The position numbers were made by a program, and so were the translations under genes. Below, one piece after another: positions 8,792 through 18,651 of a DNA stretch of 64,000 bases; position 1 is the stretch's first letter, and every line of letters begins with the position of its first letter. This DNA is from an uncultured Actinomycetes bacterium (GTDB lineage: Bacteria; Actinomycetota; Thermoleophilia; UBA2241), in NCBI GenBank assembly GCA_963767005.1, contig CAVYCN010000008.1, forward strand, positions 96,001 to 160,000. Reading direction: 5' to 3'. Under the pieces are notes generated by a model. It saw only the letters and a program-made list of their open reading frames with translations. It had not been told where the DNA came from and searched no databases.

Positions 8792-9805
8792 CTAGGTGGC
8801 GACGGCGAGCGGCAGCTCGTCGCCGCCGGCCGGGGCCGCGGCGGCGATCACGAGCTCGGTCGCGGCCGGCGCGGCCAGGGCGGCCACGGCGTCGTCGACC
8901 AGGGCGCGGGCGTCGTGCAGCGGCGGGTAGGCGGCGCAGCCGAACGACAGGGTCTGGCGATGGCGGTCGATGAGCTGCCCGGTCACCTCGTGGGCGGCGT
9001 CCTGCGTCCAGGCGCGAGCGCTGCGCGCGTCGTGGCCGCGCAGGGTGACGGCCAGCAGGTCGGGCGCCAGGCGGAAGGCCAGGTCGTCGGGGCCGGCCGT
9101 GCGCTTGAGGCGGCGGGCCACGGTGCGTACCACGGCCTCGCTGCCCTCGGCGCCGCGGAAGTCGCGCAGGTCGCGGTAGTGGTCGAGCCGCACGCAGACC
9201 AGGGCGAGGGGCTCGTGGCCGGCCTCGGCGGCGGCGAGCTCGGCCGTCACGAGTGCTGCGAGGCGCGCGCGGGTGTAGTAGCCGGTGGTCGCGTCGATGG
9301 CCGGCGCGGCGGCGGTCCGCTTGCGGCGCGGCACACGCCGCAAGCGGACCGCCGCCGCCAGACCGGCGAGCACGAGGGCGGCGAGCACGCCCAGGGTGAG
9401 GGCACGGTGACCGGCGAGCGTCGGGTCGGCGATCGCCAGCACGATGGGGACGACCAGGCTGGGGCCGATCAGGTAGGGCCACTCGGCCTTGTCGCTCGGC
9501 AGGAGCTGACAGACGAGGAGCAGCGGCACGGCGGCGAGCAGCGGACTGTGACCGCCGCCGGCGAGGGCGAGCGTGAGGCCGAGCAGCAGCCAGTCGCCGA
9601 CGACGAAGGAGTGTGACAGGGAGCGGCCCCGGCCGCTTGCCACGGCGATCGACCAGAGTCCCATGCCGAGCGCGACGGCCGCCACGACGGCCGCCGGCCC
9701 GAGGCGCAGCGCGCCGGCGGCGGCGAGCAGGAGGGCGAAGAAAAGGGTCCGCGAACGGCCTCGCGAGAGCTCGGCTGCGGGCCGTCTGCGGAGGTGCCTC
9801 GGCAC
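8792..9805 (-). CDS. membrane protein with degenerate GGDEF-like domain (start uncertain)
   Basis: Several hydrophobic helices, then DATTGYYTR (cf. DxLTGLxNR), RLDHYRDLRD, FRLAPDLLAV at the GGDEF position, and TLSFGCAAYP. Confidence 0.7.
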   Translation of the reverse strand: MPRHLRRRPAAELSRGRSRTLFFALLLAAAGALRLGPAAVVAAVALGMGLWSIAVASGRGRSLSHSFVVGDWLLLGLTLALAGGGHSPLLAAVPLLLVCQLLPSDKAEWPYLIGPSLVVPIVLAIADPTLAGHRALTLGVLAALVLAGLAAAVRLRRVPRRKRTAAAPAIDATTGYYTRARLAALVTAELAAAEAGHEPLALVCVRLDHYRDLRDFRGAEGSEAVVRTVARRLKRTAGPDDLAFRLAPDLLAVTLRGHDARSARAWTQDAAHEVTGQLIDRHRQTLSFGCAAYPPLHDARALVDDAVAALAAPAATELVIAAAAPAGGDELPLAVAT

Positions 9806-10004
9806 GGGTGCTACGCGGCTCTGGGGACGCCGGTGACATGTGCAGCGTGCTGCATGCTGCTTGGGTTCGGCGTCCGTGCGCGGTTTCCTTTCTGCCACAT
9901 GCGCATGGGGCGCGTCCGGGCGCGGCGGCCGGGGCGCCCGCGGGATGCGGGCGCCGGCGACGATGGGGAGCCCAACGAGAGGTGGCCGAACCGGCACGTG
10001 TCGC

Positions 10005-10038
10005 TATAATCAGCGGGTCAATTCTGATCAGCGGGTCA
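10005..10038 (+). promoter_or_regulatory. -10 box TATAAT plus tandem 12-bp direct repeat upstream of iorA
   Basis: TATAAT at 10005-10010; ATCAGCGGGTCA at 10009-10020 and 10027-10038. Confidence 0.55.
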
Positions 10039-10040
10039 TC

Positions 10041-11834
10041 GTGGAACGGATCCCCTTCCTTTCAGGTAACGAGGCGATCGCGCGCGGCGCGGTGCGGGCC
10101 GGCCTGGGCTTTGCCTGCGGCTACCCGGGCACCCCGTCGACCGAGATCGTCGAGGAGCTCGCGCGCCTCGAAGGCCCCGTCGTCGAGTGGTGCGTGAACG
10201 AGAAGGTCGCCCTCGAGACGGGCGCGGGCGCGGCGCTCGCCGGCGCCCGCGCCATGGTCACCATGAAGCACGTCGGCCTGAATGTGGCGGCCGACCCGTT
10301 CATGACGCTCTCGCTCACCGGCGTGAACGGCGGCCTCGTCGTGGTGTCGGCCGACGACCCCGGCATGCACTCGTCGCAGAACGAGCAGGACAACCGCCAC
10401 TTCGCCGCCTTCGCCAAGGTGCCGATGCTCGAGCCGTCCGACAGCCAGGAGGCCTACGACTTCGTGGCCTGGGCGTTCGAGCTGTCCGAGGAGTTCGACA
10501 CGCCGGTGCTGCTGCGCTCGACGACGCGCGTGTCGCACGGCCGCGGCCGGGTGGTGCCGCGCGCGCCGCTCGCGGCCGAGCGGCCCGGCTACGTGAAGGA
10601 CATCGCGAAGTACGTGATGGTCCCCGAGTACGCGCGCGAGCGCAACCGCCTGGTGCTCGCGCGGCTCGAGCGCCTGCGCCGGCGCGCCGAGGAATCGCCG
10701 CTCAACGTGCTCGAGGCCGGCACGACCGATATCGGCATCATCGCCTCGGGCGCCGCCTACACCTACGCCCGCGAGGCGTTCCCCAAGGCCTGGTTCCTCA
10801 AGCTCGGCATGTCGCACCCGCTGCCCTACGCCAAAGTCGCCAAGCTCTACCAGTCGGTCTCGCGCGTGTTCGTGGTCGAGGAGCTCGACCCGTTCATCGA
10901 GAGCCAGGTGCGCGCCCTCGGCCTTCCGGTCGTGGGCAAAGAGGTCATCCCGAGCAACGGCGAGCTCGACCAGCAGATCGTCTTCGACGCCCTCGAGCCG
11001 GTGCTCAAGCGCAAGCCGCCGCGCCGCCGGCGTCCCGTCATGCCGCCGGAGCCGGTGATCGCGCCGGCCCCGCGGCCGGCCGACGACCTGCCCGTGCGCC
11101 CACCGGTGCTCTGCCCCGGCTGCCCGCACCGCGCCGTCTACGCCATGCTGCGCCGCGAGAAGGTCGCGGTGATGGGCGACATCGGCTGCTACACGCTGGG
11201 CGCGCTGCCGCCGCTGCTGTCGCTCGAGAGCTGCGTGTGCATGGGCGCGAGCATCGGCCTGATGAGCGGCATCAACCGTATGATGGGCCGCACCGCCGCG
11301 GTGGCCGTGATCGGCGACTCGACCTTCTTCCATTCGGGGGTCACGCCGCTGATCGACGCCCGCTACAACGAGACGCCCGGCCTCGTCATCGTGCTCGACA
11401 ACCGTACGACGGCGATGACCGGCCACCAGGGGCACCCCGGCACCGGCCTCCACCCCGACCGCTCGAGCGGCCCGGCGCTCGACATCGAGCAGCTCTGCCG
11501 CGGCATCGGTGTGCCGGCGGCGACCGTCGATGCCTTCGACGAGGCGGCGGTGCGGGCCGCCATCCGCGACGCGGTGGCGGCGAGCGACCTGCGCGTGCTG
11601 GTCGCCCTGGCGCCCTGCATCCTCATGGACAAGAGTCCGCACGAGCGCGTGCTGGTCGACGACGACCGCTGCAACCTCTGCGGCCTCTGCATCGAGCTCG
11701 GCTGCCCCGCACTCGTGGCCGGCGAGGACACCATCGAGATCCTCTCCGACTGCACCGGCTGCGGCGTCTGTCTGGCCGTCTGCGCGCGCGGCGCGCTGAG
11801 CCTGCCCGAAAGCGCCGGCGGGGACCCGTCGTGA
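10041..11834 (+). CDS. iorA: indolepyruvate:ferredoxin oxidoreductase alpha subunit
   Basis: LSGNEAIARG, GYPGTPSTEI, NEKVALE, MKHVGLNVAADP, RPPVLCPGCPHR, GDIGCYTL, IGDSTFFHSG; C-terminal ferredoxin motifs. Confidence 0.95.
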   Translation: MERIPFLSGNEAIARGAVRAGLGFACGYPGTPSTEIVEELARLEGPVVEWCVNEKVALETGAGAALAGARAMVTMKHVGLNVAADPFMTLSLTGVNGGLVVVSADDPGMHSSQNEQDNRHFAAFAKVPMLEPSDSQEAYDFVAWAFELSEEFDTPVLLRSTTRVSHGRGRVVPRAPLAAERPGYVKDIAKYVMVPEYARERNRLVLARLERLRRRAEESPLNVLEAGTTDIGIIASGAAYTYAREAFPKAWFLKLGMSHPLPYAKVAKLYQSVSRVFVVEELDPFIESQVRALGLPVVGKEVIPSNGELDQQIVFDALEPVLKRKPPRRRRPVMPPEPVIAPAPRPADDLPVRPPVLCPGCPHRAVYAMLRREKVAVMGDIGCYTLGALPPLLSLESCVCMGASIGLMSGINRMMGRTAAVAVIGDSTFFHSGVTPLIDARYNETPGLVIVLDNRTTAMTGHQGHPGTGLHPDRSSGPALDIEQLCRGIGVPAATVDAFDEAAVRAAIRDAVAASDLRVLVALAPCILMDKSPHERVLVDDDRCNLCGLCIELGCPALVAGEDTIEILSDCTGCGVCLAVCARGALSLPESAGGDPS

Positions 11835-12424
11835 ACGGCACGACGACCGTCTCGCTGGCCGGCGTCGGCGGCCAGGGCATCATCCTGGCGGCCGCCATCC
11901 TCGCTCAGGCGGCCATGGCGGCCGGCTACGACGTCAAGGCGAGCGAGGTCAAGGGCATGGCGCAACGCGGCGGCAGCGTCGTCTCGACGGTGCGCTTCGG
12001 CAAAGAGGTGTGGTCGCCGGTCTCGTCGCGCGCCGACGTCGTGATCGCCACCGAGACGCTCGAGGGCCGGCGCGCCCTCGCCCTGCTGGCCGACAAGGGC
12101 ACGCTGGTCTACGCGACCACCGTGATCGCCCCCGGCAGCGTGCTGCGCCGCGAGCGCGAGTACCCCGCCGACCTCGTCGCGGCCGCTCGGGCGCGCCTCG
12201 TACAGCTCATCCCGGTCGACGCCGAGGACCTCGCGCGCGAGGCCGGCTCGGTGCGCGCCGCCAACGTCGCCCTGCTGGGCGCGGCGACCCACGTGCTGCC
12301 GTTCACGGCCGGCGCCTGGGACGACGCCCTCGAGCTTGCGGTCCCGGCCAAGATCCTCGAGCTCAATCGCCGGGCCTTTGCCCTCGGCCGCGCGGCGGCC
12401 GCACCAACCGAGGAGGGGCTGTGA
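11831..12424 (+). CDS. iorB: indolepyruvate:ferredoxin oxidoreductase beta subunit
   Basis: GTGA overlap with iorA; GVGGQGIILA, SEVKGMAQRGGSVVSTVR and NVALLGA motifs. Confidence 0.93.
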   Translation: MNGTTTVSLAGVGGQGIILAAAILAQAAMAAGYDVKASEVKGMAQRGGSVVSTVRFGKEVWSPVSSRADVVIATETLEGRRALALLADKGTLVYATTVIAPGSVLRREREYPADLVAAARARLVQLIPVDAEDLAREAGSVRAANVALLGAATHVLPFTAGAWDDALELAVPAKILELNRRAFALGRAAAAPTEEGL

Positions 12425-12425
12425 A

Positions 12426-12839
12426 GTGAAAGTGACCCAAGTGACGGTCTTTCTCGAGAACCGCAGCGGCCGCCTGGCGGAGATCGCCGATATCCTGGGC
12501 CGCCACGGCGTGAACATCCGCGGCTTCTCGACGACCGAGGCGGCCGAGTACGGCATCGTGCGCCTGATCGTGCCCGACCCGGTCGCCACGCGCGACATCC
12601 TGCACGAGGCCGGCTTCACGACGCACCTCGCGCAGGTGATCTGCGTGGCCGTGCCCGACGAGCCGGGCGGCCTCGCCCGCGTGCTCGACGCCCTCGCCGA
12701 GCAGCAGGTCTCGGTCGACTACCTCTACAGCATCTCGTTCGACTATGTGTGCTTCGCCGTGCACGACGTCGACCGCGCGGTCGAGCTGCTCAAGGACAAG
12801 GTCACGCTGCTCTCGGACGAGCAGGTGATGGCGCTGTGA
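12426..12839 (+). CDS. tandem ACT-domain amino-acid-binding protein
   Basis: QVTVFLENRSGRLAEI...YGIVRLIV...VPDEPGGLA; GAGGAGG RBS; typical paaK partner. Confidence 0.9.
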   Translation: MKVTQVTVFLENRSGRLAEIADILGRHGVNIRGFSTTEAAEYGIVRLIVPDPVATRDILHEAGFTTHLAQVICVAVPDEPGGLARVLDALAEQQVSVDYLYSISFDYVCFAVHDVDRAVELLKDKVTLLSDEQVMAL

Positions 12840-14188
12840 GCGCGTCCCCCGCGGTCGCCGGCGTCGTGACCCCCGATCGCGCCGGCGGCAACCACTGGCA
12901 GCGGGCCGCCGAGACCATGCCGCTCGAGGAGCTGCGCGACACGCAGATGGAGCGGTTGCGCGCCACCCTGCGCAACGCCTACGACAACGTGCCGTTCTAC
13001 CGCAAGAGGCTCGACGAGGCCGGCCTCGCCCCCGACGACGTGCGCTGCCACGGCGACGTCTGCGACCTGCCGTTCACGACCAAGGTCGACCTGCGCGACC
13101 ACTACCCGTTCGGCATGTTCGCCGTGCCGCGCGACGAGCTCGTGCGGGTGCACGCCTCGTCGGGCACGACCGGCAACCCGACGACCGTCGGCTACACCGC
13201 CGGCGACGTGTCGCTGTGGGCCGACCTCATCGCCCGCACCCTGGCGGCCGGCGGCCTGCAGCCGGGCGACATGCTGCAAAACGCCTACGGCTACGGCCTG
13301 TTCACCGGCGGCCTCGGCCTGCACTACGGCTGCGAGCGCCTGGGGGCCACGATCCTGCCAATCTCGGGCGGCAACACCGACCGTCAGCTCAAGCTCATGC
13401 GCGACTTCGGCGTGACGGCGCTGTGCTGCACGCCGTCGTACGCCCTCTACCTGGCCGAAGCGGCGCGCGACCGCGGCCTGCGCCCGGCCGACCTGCCGAT
13501 CCGGGTGGGCTTCCACGGTGCCGAGCCCTGGACCAACGAGATGCGCCGCCAGATCGAGGAGGGCCTCGGCGTCGACGCGCTCGACATCTACGGCCTGTCC
13601 GAGATGGGCGGCCCCGGCGTGTCGTTCGAGTGCCGCTGCAAGAGCGGCATGCATGTGAACGAAGACCACTATATGGTCGAGATCGTCGACCCCGAGTCGC
13701 TGCTGCCGGTGCCCGAGGGCACGGTCGGCGAGCTCGTCGTCACCACCCTGAGCCGGGTCGCCCAGCCGCTGCTGCGCTACCGCACGCGCGACCTGTGCAG
13801 CCTCGTGTCTGAGCCCTGCGAGTGCGGCCGCACCTTCGCCCGCATGACCAAGCCGGTGGGGCGCAGCGACGACATGCTGATCATCCGCGGCGTCAACGTC
13901 TTCCCGAGTCAGATCGAGGAAGTCCTGATGACGATCCCGCAGATCGAGCCGCACTACCAGATCGTGGTCGACCGCAAGGGCCACCTCGACATGGTCGAGG
14001 TCTGGATCGAGGTCGGCGAGGACATCTTCGGCGAGACCATGGGCCAGCTCGAGACCTTCGAACGTTCCGTCCAGCAGCGCCTCTACAGCGTGCTGAACAT
14101 CCAGGTCAAGGTGAAGCTCAAGGAGCCCAAGACGATCGCCCGCAGCGAAGGCAAGGCCGTGCGCGTGATCGACAAGCGTCCGAAGTAG
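12836..14188 (+). CDS. paaK: phenylacetate--CoA ligase family protein
   Basis: LPFTTKVDLR, HASSGTTGNP, YGYGLFTGGLG, YGLSE, RYRTRD, GRSDDMLIIRGVNVFPSQIE. Confidence 0.95.
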   Translation: MSASPAVAGVVTPDRAGGNHWQRAAETMPLEELRDTQMERLRATLRNAYDNVPFYRKRLDEAGLAPDDVRCHGDVCDLPFTTKVDLRDHYPFGMFAVPRDELVRVHASSGTTGNPTTVGYTAGDVSLWADLIARTLAAGGLQPGDMLQNAYGYGLFTGGLGLHYGCERLGATILPISGGNTDRQLKLMRDFGVTALCCTPSYALYLAEAARDRGLRPADLPIRVGFHGAEPWTNEMRRQIEEGLGVDALDIYGLSEMGGPGVSFECRCKSGMHVNEDHYMVEIVDPESLLPVPEGTVGELVVTTLSRVAQPLLRYRTRDLCSLVSEPCECGRTFARMTKPVGRSDDMLIIRGVNVFPSQIEEVLMTIPQIEPHYQIVVDRKGHLDMVEVWIEVGEDIFGETMGQLETFERSVQQRLYSVLNIQVKVKLKEPKTIARSEGKAVRVIDKRPK

Positions 14189-14222
14189 AGCCCGGGGGGC
14201 GGCCGCCGCGCGGCGGCCGGCA

Positions 14223-14271
14223 ACGACGGAGGGGGCGGCGCCGGTAGGCGCCGCCCCCTCCGTCGTCGTTT
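14223..14271. terminator. 20-bp perfect hairpin, probable bidirectional terminator
   Basis: ACGACGGAGGGGGCGGCGCC-ggta-GGCGCCGCCCCCTCCGTCGT between convergent paaK and PBP genes. Confidence 0.75.
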
Positions 14272-16352
14272 CAGGTCGTGGCCTTGGGCGACGCCGAGTT
14301 CGTCGGCGTCGGCGTGTGCGACGGCGTCGGCGTGGAGGTGTGGGTGGGCTTGGTCGTCGGCTGGCCGGTCGGCTTGCCCTTGCCCGACTTGCTGGGCGAC
14401 GGCGAGGGCGACGGCGAGGGCGCCATCTTCGAGTACTTGCCGTTCCAGGCCTTCCACATCGGCATGATGGCCGGCGTGGCGAAGTCGGGGATGTAGGTCG
14501 AGCCGAAGACCGCGTTGTAGAACGTGCCCCAGATCGGCAGCGAGTACGTGGCGCCGAACACCCCGGGCATCTCGATCTCGCCCTGCGGGTAGCCCATCCA
14601 GACGGCCGTCGCGAGCTTCGGGTTGAAGCCGCAGAACCAGGCGTCTTCGTAGTTGTCGGTCGTGCCGGTCTTACCGGCCGAGCGGCCGGTGTAGTAGTCG
14701 GGCATCGACGCGGCGGTGCCGCCGGCGTAGCTCGTGTTGATCTCGAGGATCTTGTCGACGACGTAGCAGGCGCCGGCCGGCGCGACGCGTATGCCGCGCA
14801 CGTGCGCCTTGCGCACCTTGCCGTTGGGGAACACGATCCTGGCGATCGCCTGCGGCGCATGGCGCACGCCCTCGGCCGCGAAGGTCGCGTAGGCGCTCGC
14901 CATCTCGAGCACGTCGACGTCCTCGCTGCCGAGCACGATCGAAGGCAGCGCTTGGAGCGACGTCGTGATGCCCATCGCCTTGGCGACGCGCACGACCTGG
15001 TCGGGGCCGAGATCGAGACAGAGCTGGGCGAAGACGGTGTTGTCGGACGCGAGGGTGGCCTGCACGAGGTCCATGCGGCCGCCCGAGCTCCTCTCGGCGG
15101 TGTTCACGATCCAGGGGATGCCGTTGGGCATGGGGATGTCGAGCGGGTGCGAGTTGTAGTAGGTCGTCGCCGGGTTGGCGCCCTCTTCGACGGCGGCGAG
15201 CAGGGCGAACGGCTTCATCGTCGAGCCGGGCTGGCGCATGGCCTGCGAGGTGAGGTTCCACTGGTAGGTCTTGTAGTCGGTGCTCGCCGCCATGGCGCGC
15301 ACGAACCCGTTGGTCGGGTCGACCGCCGCGAGGGCGCCGGCGTACTGGCTCGGCAGCCTGGCCTTGAGAGCGGCGATCGCGGCGTGCTGCATGCGCATAT
15401 CGATCGTGGTGTACACCTTGAGGCCGCCCTCGAAGACCTCGCGCGCGCCGTAGCGGCTCACGAGCTGGCCCTCGACGTAGCTGACGAAGTAGGCGGCCGG
15501 GTCGCTGGTCGTCGAGAGCGGTTTGGAGAAGACCTTGATCGGCGTACTCTCGGCGGTCGCCGCCTGGGCCGCGGTGATGTAGCCCTGCTGCGCCATGTCG
15601 TACAGCACGAGGTCGCGTCGCGCCTTGATGACGGCGGGGTCGGTGATCGGCGAGTACTGGCTCGGGAACTTCGGCAGCGCGGCGAGCAACGCCGCCTGGG
15701 CGAGGGAGACCTGCGAGATCGGCTTGTGGAAGTAGGTGAGCGAGGCGGCCTGCACGCCGTAGGCGCCGGCGCCGTAGTAGACCGTGTTCAGGTACTCGGT
15801 GAGGATCTTGTCCTTCGACCAGCGGTCCTCGAGCTCCCAGGCGAGCACGGCCTCCTGCACCTTGCGGTTGATCGTGACGTCGTCGCTCAGGTAGGCGTTC
15901 TTGACGTACTGCTCGGTCAGGGTGCTCGCGCCCGAGACGATGTGGCCGGCGCGCACGTCGTCGACGAAGGCGCGCGCGATGCCGGTGAAGTCGACGCCGT
16001 GGTGCTGGTAGAAGCGCTTGTCCTCGATCGCTACAGTGGCGTTCTTCATGACCTCGGGGATCTGGCTGCTGGGCACGATGAGGCGGTTGACGGCGCCGTA
16101 GAGCTCGGCGATACGGTGGCCGCTCGAGTCGTAGATGACGGTGTCCTGGCCGAGCTGCACGGGCTTCATGGCGTCGATGTTCGGCAGGTTGTGCGACACC
16201 GCCACGATCGTGCCGGCGGTGAGCCCGACGACCGCGACCACGGCGAAGAACACGACGGCGATCACGAGCCGGCCCCAGCGTACCCGCGGACGCCTGGCCG
16301 CCCGCTTGCGGCGGCTGCGTTTGGTGAGGGGGGTGTCTGCGATGTCCTTCAC
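14271..16352 (-). CDS. class A penicillin-binding protein (transglycosylase/transpeptidase, PBP1A family)
   Basis: N-terminal TM; EDKRFYQHHGVD, GASTLTEQYVKN, RKVQE; STMK, SDN and KTG motifs; Pro/Thr/Ser-rich tail; TACAAT -10 just upstream. Confidence 0.93.
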   Translation of the reverse strand: MKDIADTPLTKRSRRKRAARRPRVRWGRLVIAVVFFAVVAVVGLTAGTIVAVSHNLPNIDAMKPVQLGQDTVIYDSSGHRIAELYGAVNRLIVPSSQIPEVMKNATVAIEDKRFYQHHGVDFTGIARAFVDDVRAGHIVSGASTLTEQYVKNAYLSDDVTINRKVQEAVLAWELEDRWSKDKILTEYLNTVYYGAGAYGVQAASLTYFHKPISQVSLAQAALLAALPKFPSQYSPITDPAVIKARRDLVLYDMAQQGYITAAQAATAESTPIKVFSKPLSTTSDPAAYFVSYVEGQLVSRYGAREVFEGGLKVYTTIDMRMQHAAIAALKARLPSQYAGALAAVDPTNGFVRAMAASTDYKTYQWNLTSQAMRQPGSTMKPFALLAAVEEGANPATTYYNSHPLDIPMPNGIPWIVNTAERSSGGRMDLVQATLASDNTVFAQLCLDLGPDQVVRVAKAMGITTSLQALPSIVLGSEDVDVLEMASAYATFAAEGVRHAPQAIARIVFPNGKVRKAHVRGIRVAPAGACYVVDKILEINTSYAGGTAASMPDYYTGRSAGKTGTTDNYEDAWFCGFNPKLATAVWMGYPQGEIEMPGVFGATYSLPIWGTFYNAVFGSTYIPDFATPAIMPMWKAWNGKYSKMAPSPSPSPSPSKSGKGKPTGQPTTKPTHTSTPTPSHTPTPTNSASPKATT

Positions 16353-16527
16353 AGGATGAGGCTATTGTAGCGGCTCGACGCGCTCCCGTCTCGTGAGCCG
16401 CCGGGCCTCGAGCGGCCCGCGCGGCCGTGCACTGCGATCCCTTGGACTCGCGCCGTCGCCGGTTCTTTCACCCGGCGTCGGGGCCGTGTCCGGCTAGAGA
16501 CCGCCGCCGGCGCCGTCACTGGTCGTC

Positions 16528-17316
16528 TCAGGCCGGCGCCGCCGTTGGGCCGGTGTCGTCGTCGGCGGCGTGCCGCCGCTCGACCGCGCGGCGGCGCTCC
16601 ATCAGGCGCGCGATCACGACCGACAGCTCGTAGAGGATCTCGAGCGGGATGAACATGGCGATGAACGAGAAGGCATCCTGGCTGGGCGTCGCGACCATCG
16701 CGATGATGGCGTTGATCACGATGGCGTAGCGCCAGTGCTTGCGCAGGAACGAGGTCTTGACCACGCCGATGCGCACCGCCGCGATGATTGCGACGGGCAT
16801 CTCGAACACCGCCCCGAACGCGACCAGGAACCAGGCGATGAACGAGAAGTAGTCGTTCGCTCGCAGCTGCGTGTTGAAGAACTGGCCGTTGAAGCCGAGC
16901 AGCCAGCCCAGGCCCTTCGGCAGCACGATCAGGTAGCCGAACACGACGCCGAACATGAACAGGCCGAAGCAGACGGCCGCGACGAGGATGAGCACGCGCC
17001 GGCTCGCCGGGGTGAAGGCGGGTCCGATGAAGGCCCAGAACTCGTAGATCACGATCGGCGACGCCAGGATCACGCCGACGTACGCCCACACCTTGAGGCT
17101 GACCATGAAGGGCTCGGCCGGGCTGAACGTGGTGATCTTGTGGGGCACGTTCCCGGGGAGCCCCGCGAGCGGGTGGCGCATGAGGGCGAAGACCTGGTCG
17201 TTCAGCACGGCGGCGATGACGATGCCGACGCCGAGCGCGATGGCCGCGATGATGATGCGGCGGCGCAGCTCGTCGAGGTGATCGACGAGGGTGACGCGTT
17301 CGTCGAACCCGACCAT
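16528..17316 (-). CDS. tatC: twin-arginine translocase subunit TatC
   Basis: TLVDHLDELRRRI, SPAEPF, YEFWAFIGPAF, FEMPV, ATPSQD and LYELSV motifs. Confidence 0.93.
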   Translation of the reverse strand: MVGFDERVTLVDHLDELRRRIIIAAIALGVGIVIAAVLNDQVFALMRHPLAGLPGNVPHKITTFSPAEPFMVSLKVWAYVGVILASPIVIYEFWAFIGPAFTPASRRVLILVAAVCFGLFMFGVVFGYLIVLPKGLGWLLGFNGQFFNTQLRANDYFSFIAWFLVAFGAVFEMPVAIIAAVRIGVVKTSFLRKHWRYAIVINAIIAMVATPSQDAFSFIAMFIPLEILYELSVVIARLMERRRAVERRHAADDDTGPTAAPA

Positions 17317-17324
17317 GCCGAGCG

Positions 17325-17963
17325 TCAGTCGGGGGTCGTCGAGGCCGCTGCCGGGGCGCTGCTGCGGCGCAGCTTGCCGAACGTCTCGACGCCCGCCGGG
17401 TCGCCCTGGGCGGCGTCGGGGCCGGCCGCCAGGGCGGCGGACGGCGCGGGAGCGTCGGGTGCGCTCGGCGCCTGCGGGGCGCTGGGCGCGGCGATTGCGG
17501 CGTTGTCGACCCCGCTCTCGTCGGCGACCGCGGCGGGCCCGGTCGCCGCGGCGTCGACCGGCACCTCGGGTGCGGCGGGAGCGGCCTCGTCGGTCGGGAC
17601 CTGGGGTGTGTCCGGAGCGTCCTCGTCGGCCATGCCGGCCGGCTCGGTGAGGGCGGCGCCGGTCACGGCACCGGTCACGGCGGCCGTCACCGCGGCGGGC
17701 GCGATGCTGTCGGGCGCCGTGGGGGTGGCGGCGGGCGCGGCGGGCTGGGTGTCGCCGGTGAGGCTGAAGCTCGATTTGAGGTCGTTGACGGAGCCGGCGA
17801 TGTCGTCGACGCCGATCTGCGAGCGGATCTCGCTCGTGGCCGTCCTGAACTCGCGGATCGCCTGACCAAGCTGCTTGCCCATCTGAGGCAGGCGCTTGGG
17901 GCCGAACACCACGAGGGCGATGACCAGCACCATGAGGAGCTCGGGGAGACCGATGTTGGGCAT
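17325..17963 (-). CDS. twin-arginine translocase TatA/TatB-family subunit with long acidic Ala/Pro tail
   Basis: MPNIGLPELLMVLVIALVVFGPKRLPQMGKQLGQAIREFR; GAGGTGG RBS; directly upstream of tatC. Confidence 0.88.
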   Translation of the reverse strand: MPNIGLPELLMVLVIALVVFGPKRLPQMGKQLGQAIREFRTATSEIRSQIGVDDIAGSVNDLKSSFSLTGDTQPAAPAATPTAPDSIAPAAVTAAVTGAVTGAALTEPAGMADEDAPDTPQVPTDEAAPAAPEVPVDAAATGPAAVADESGVDNAAIAAPSAPQAPSAPDAPAPSAALAAGPDAAQGDPAGVETFGKLRRSSAPAAASTTPD

Positions 17964-18192
17964 GCGAGGACCACCTCTGTGGAATGACAGGCCCGCTTGG
18001 ACCTCGTACAAAGAGTACGCACACCACATCGGAGCGTCAATCGTGGCCCCGGCGCGTCGGCGACGGGGGACGCCGGTAGCCGGGGGCGCCTTGTCCAGCA
18101 TGTCCAACAGGGCCCCGCCAGGCGGGCCGAGTCGTCAGAGAATCACCTGCAAATCGGGGAGAACACGGTCCGACGGAAAGGCCGTCGGCCGG

Positions 18193-18222
18193 TTGCGCCA
18201 CTTCGCGGCGCTTTGCTATAGT
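18193..18222 (+). promoter_or_regulatory. sigma70-type promoter of the nuo operon
   Basis: TTGCGC-N18-TATAGT with extended -10 TG. Confidence 0.6.
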
Positions 18223-18282
18223 CGCCTCGGCCACCGGCCCGGAAGCCGGGCCCTCCCGTCCACCGAGCGTCGACACCGGGGT

Positions 18283-18651
18283 ATGACGAGCGCATTCCTC
18301 ACGAGCTGGGCTTACGTCGCCGTGTTCATCGTGGCCGGCGCGGTCATGGTCGTCGGCATCCTGCTGATGTCGCGGCTCGTGTACCCGATCCACCCGTCGC
18401 CCGAGAAGTACTCCACGTACGAGTGCGGCATCGAGCCGGTCGGCGACTCGTGGCACCCCTTCGCCGTGCGCTACTACATCTTCGCCCTGCTGTTCCTGGT
18501 CTTCGACGTCGAGGCCATCTTCCTCTTCCCGTGGACGCTCTCGTTCCGGCGCTTCGGCACGACGGGCTTCGTCGAGGTCCTGCTGTTCATCGGCGTGCTC
18601 GCGGTCGGCCTGCTCTACGCCTGGCGCAAGGGAGCGCTCGAATGGGCGTGA
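18283..18651 (+). CDS. nuoA: NADH-quinone oxidoreductase subunit A
   Basis: [40 protein letters not shown]. Confidence 0.95.
   Translation: MTSAFLTSWAYVAVFIVAGAVMVVGILLMSRLVYPIHPSPEKYSTYECGIEPVGDSWHPFAVRYYIFALLFLVFDVEAIFLFPWTLSFRRFGTTGFVEVLLFIGVLAVGLLYAWRKGALEWA

Noticed and set aside
17400-17760. Short repeats (e.g. CCGGTCACGGC twice) in the Tat subunit tail, and the Pro/Thr repeats of the PBP tail
   Set aside because: Low-complexity coding repeats common in such proteins; not CRISPR or mobile-element repeats.
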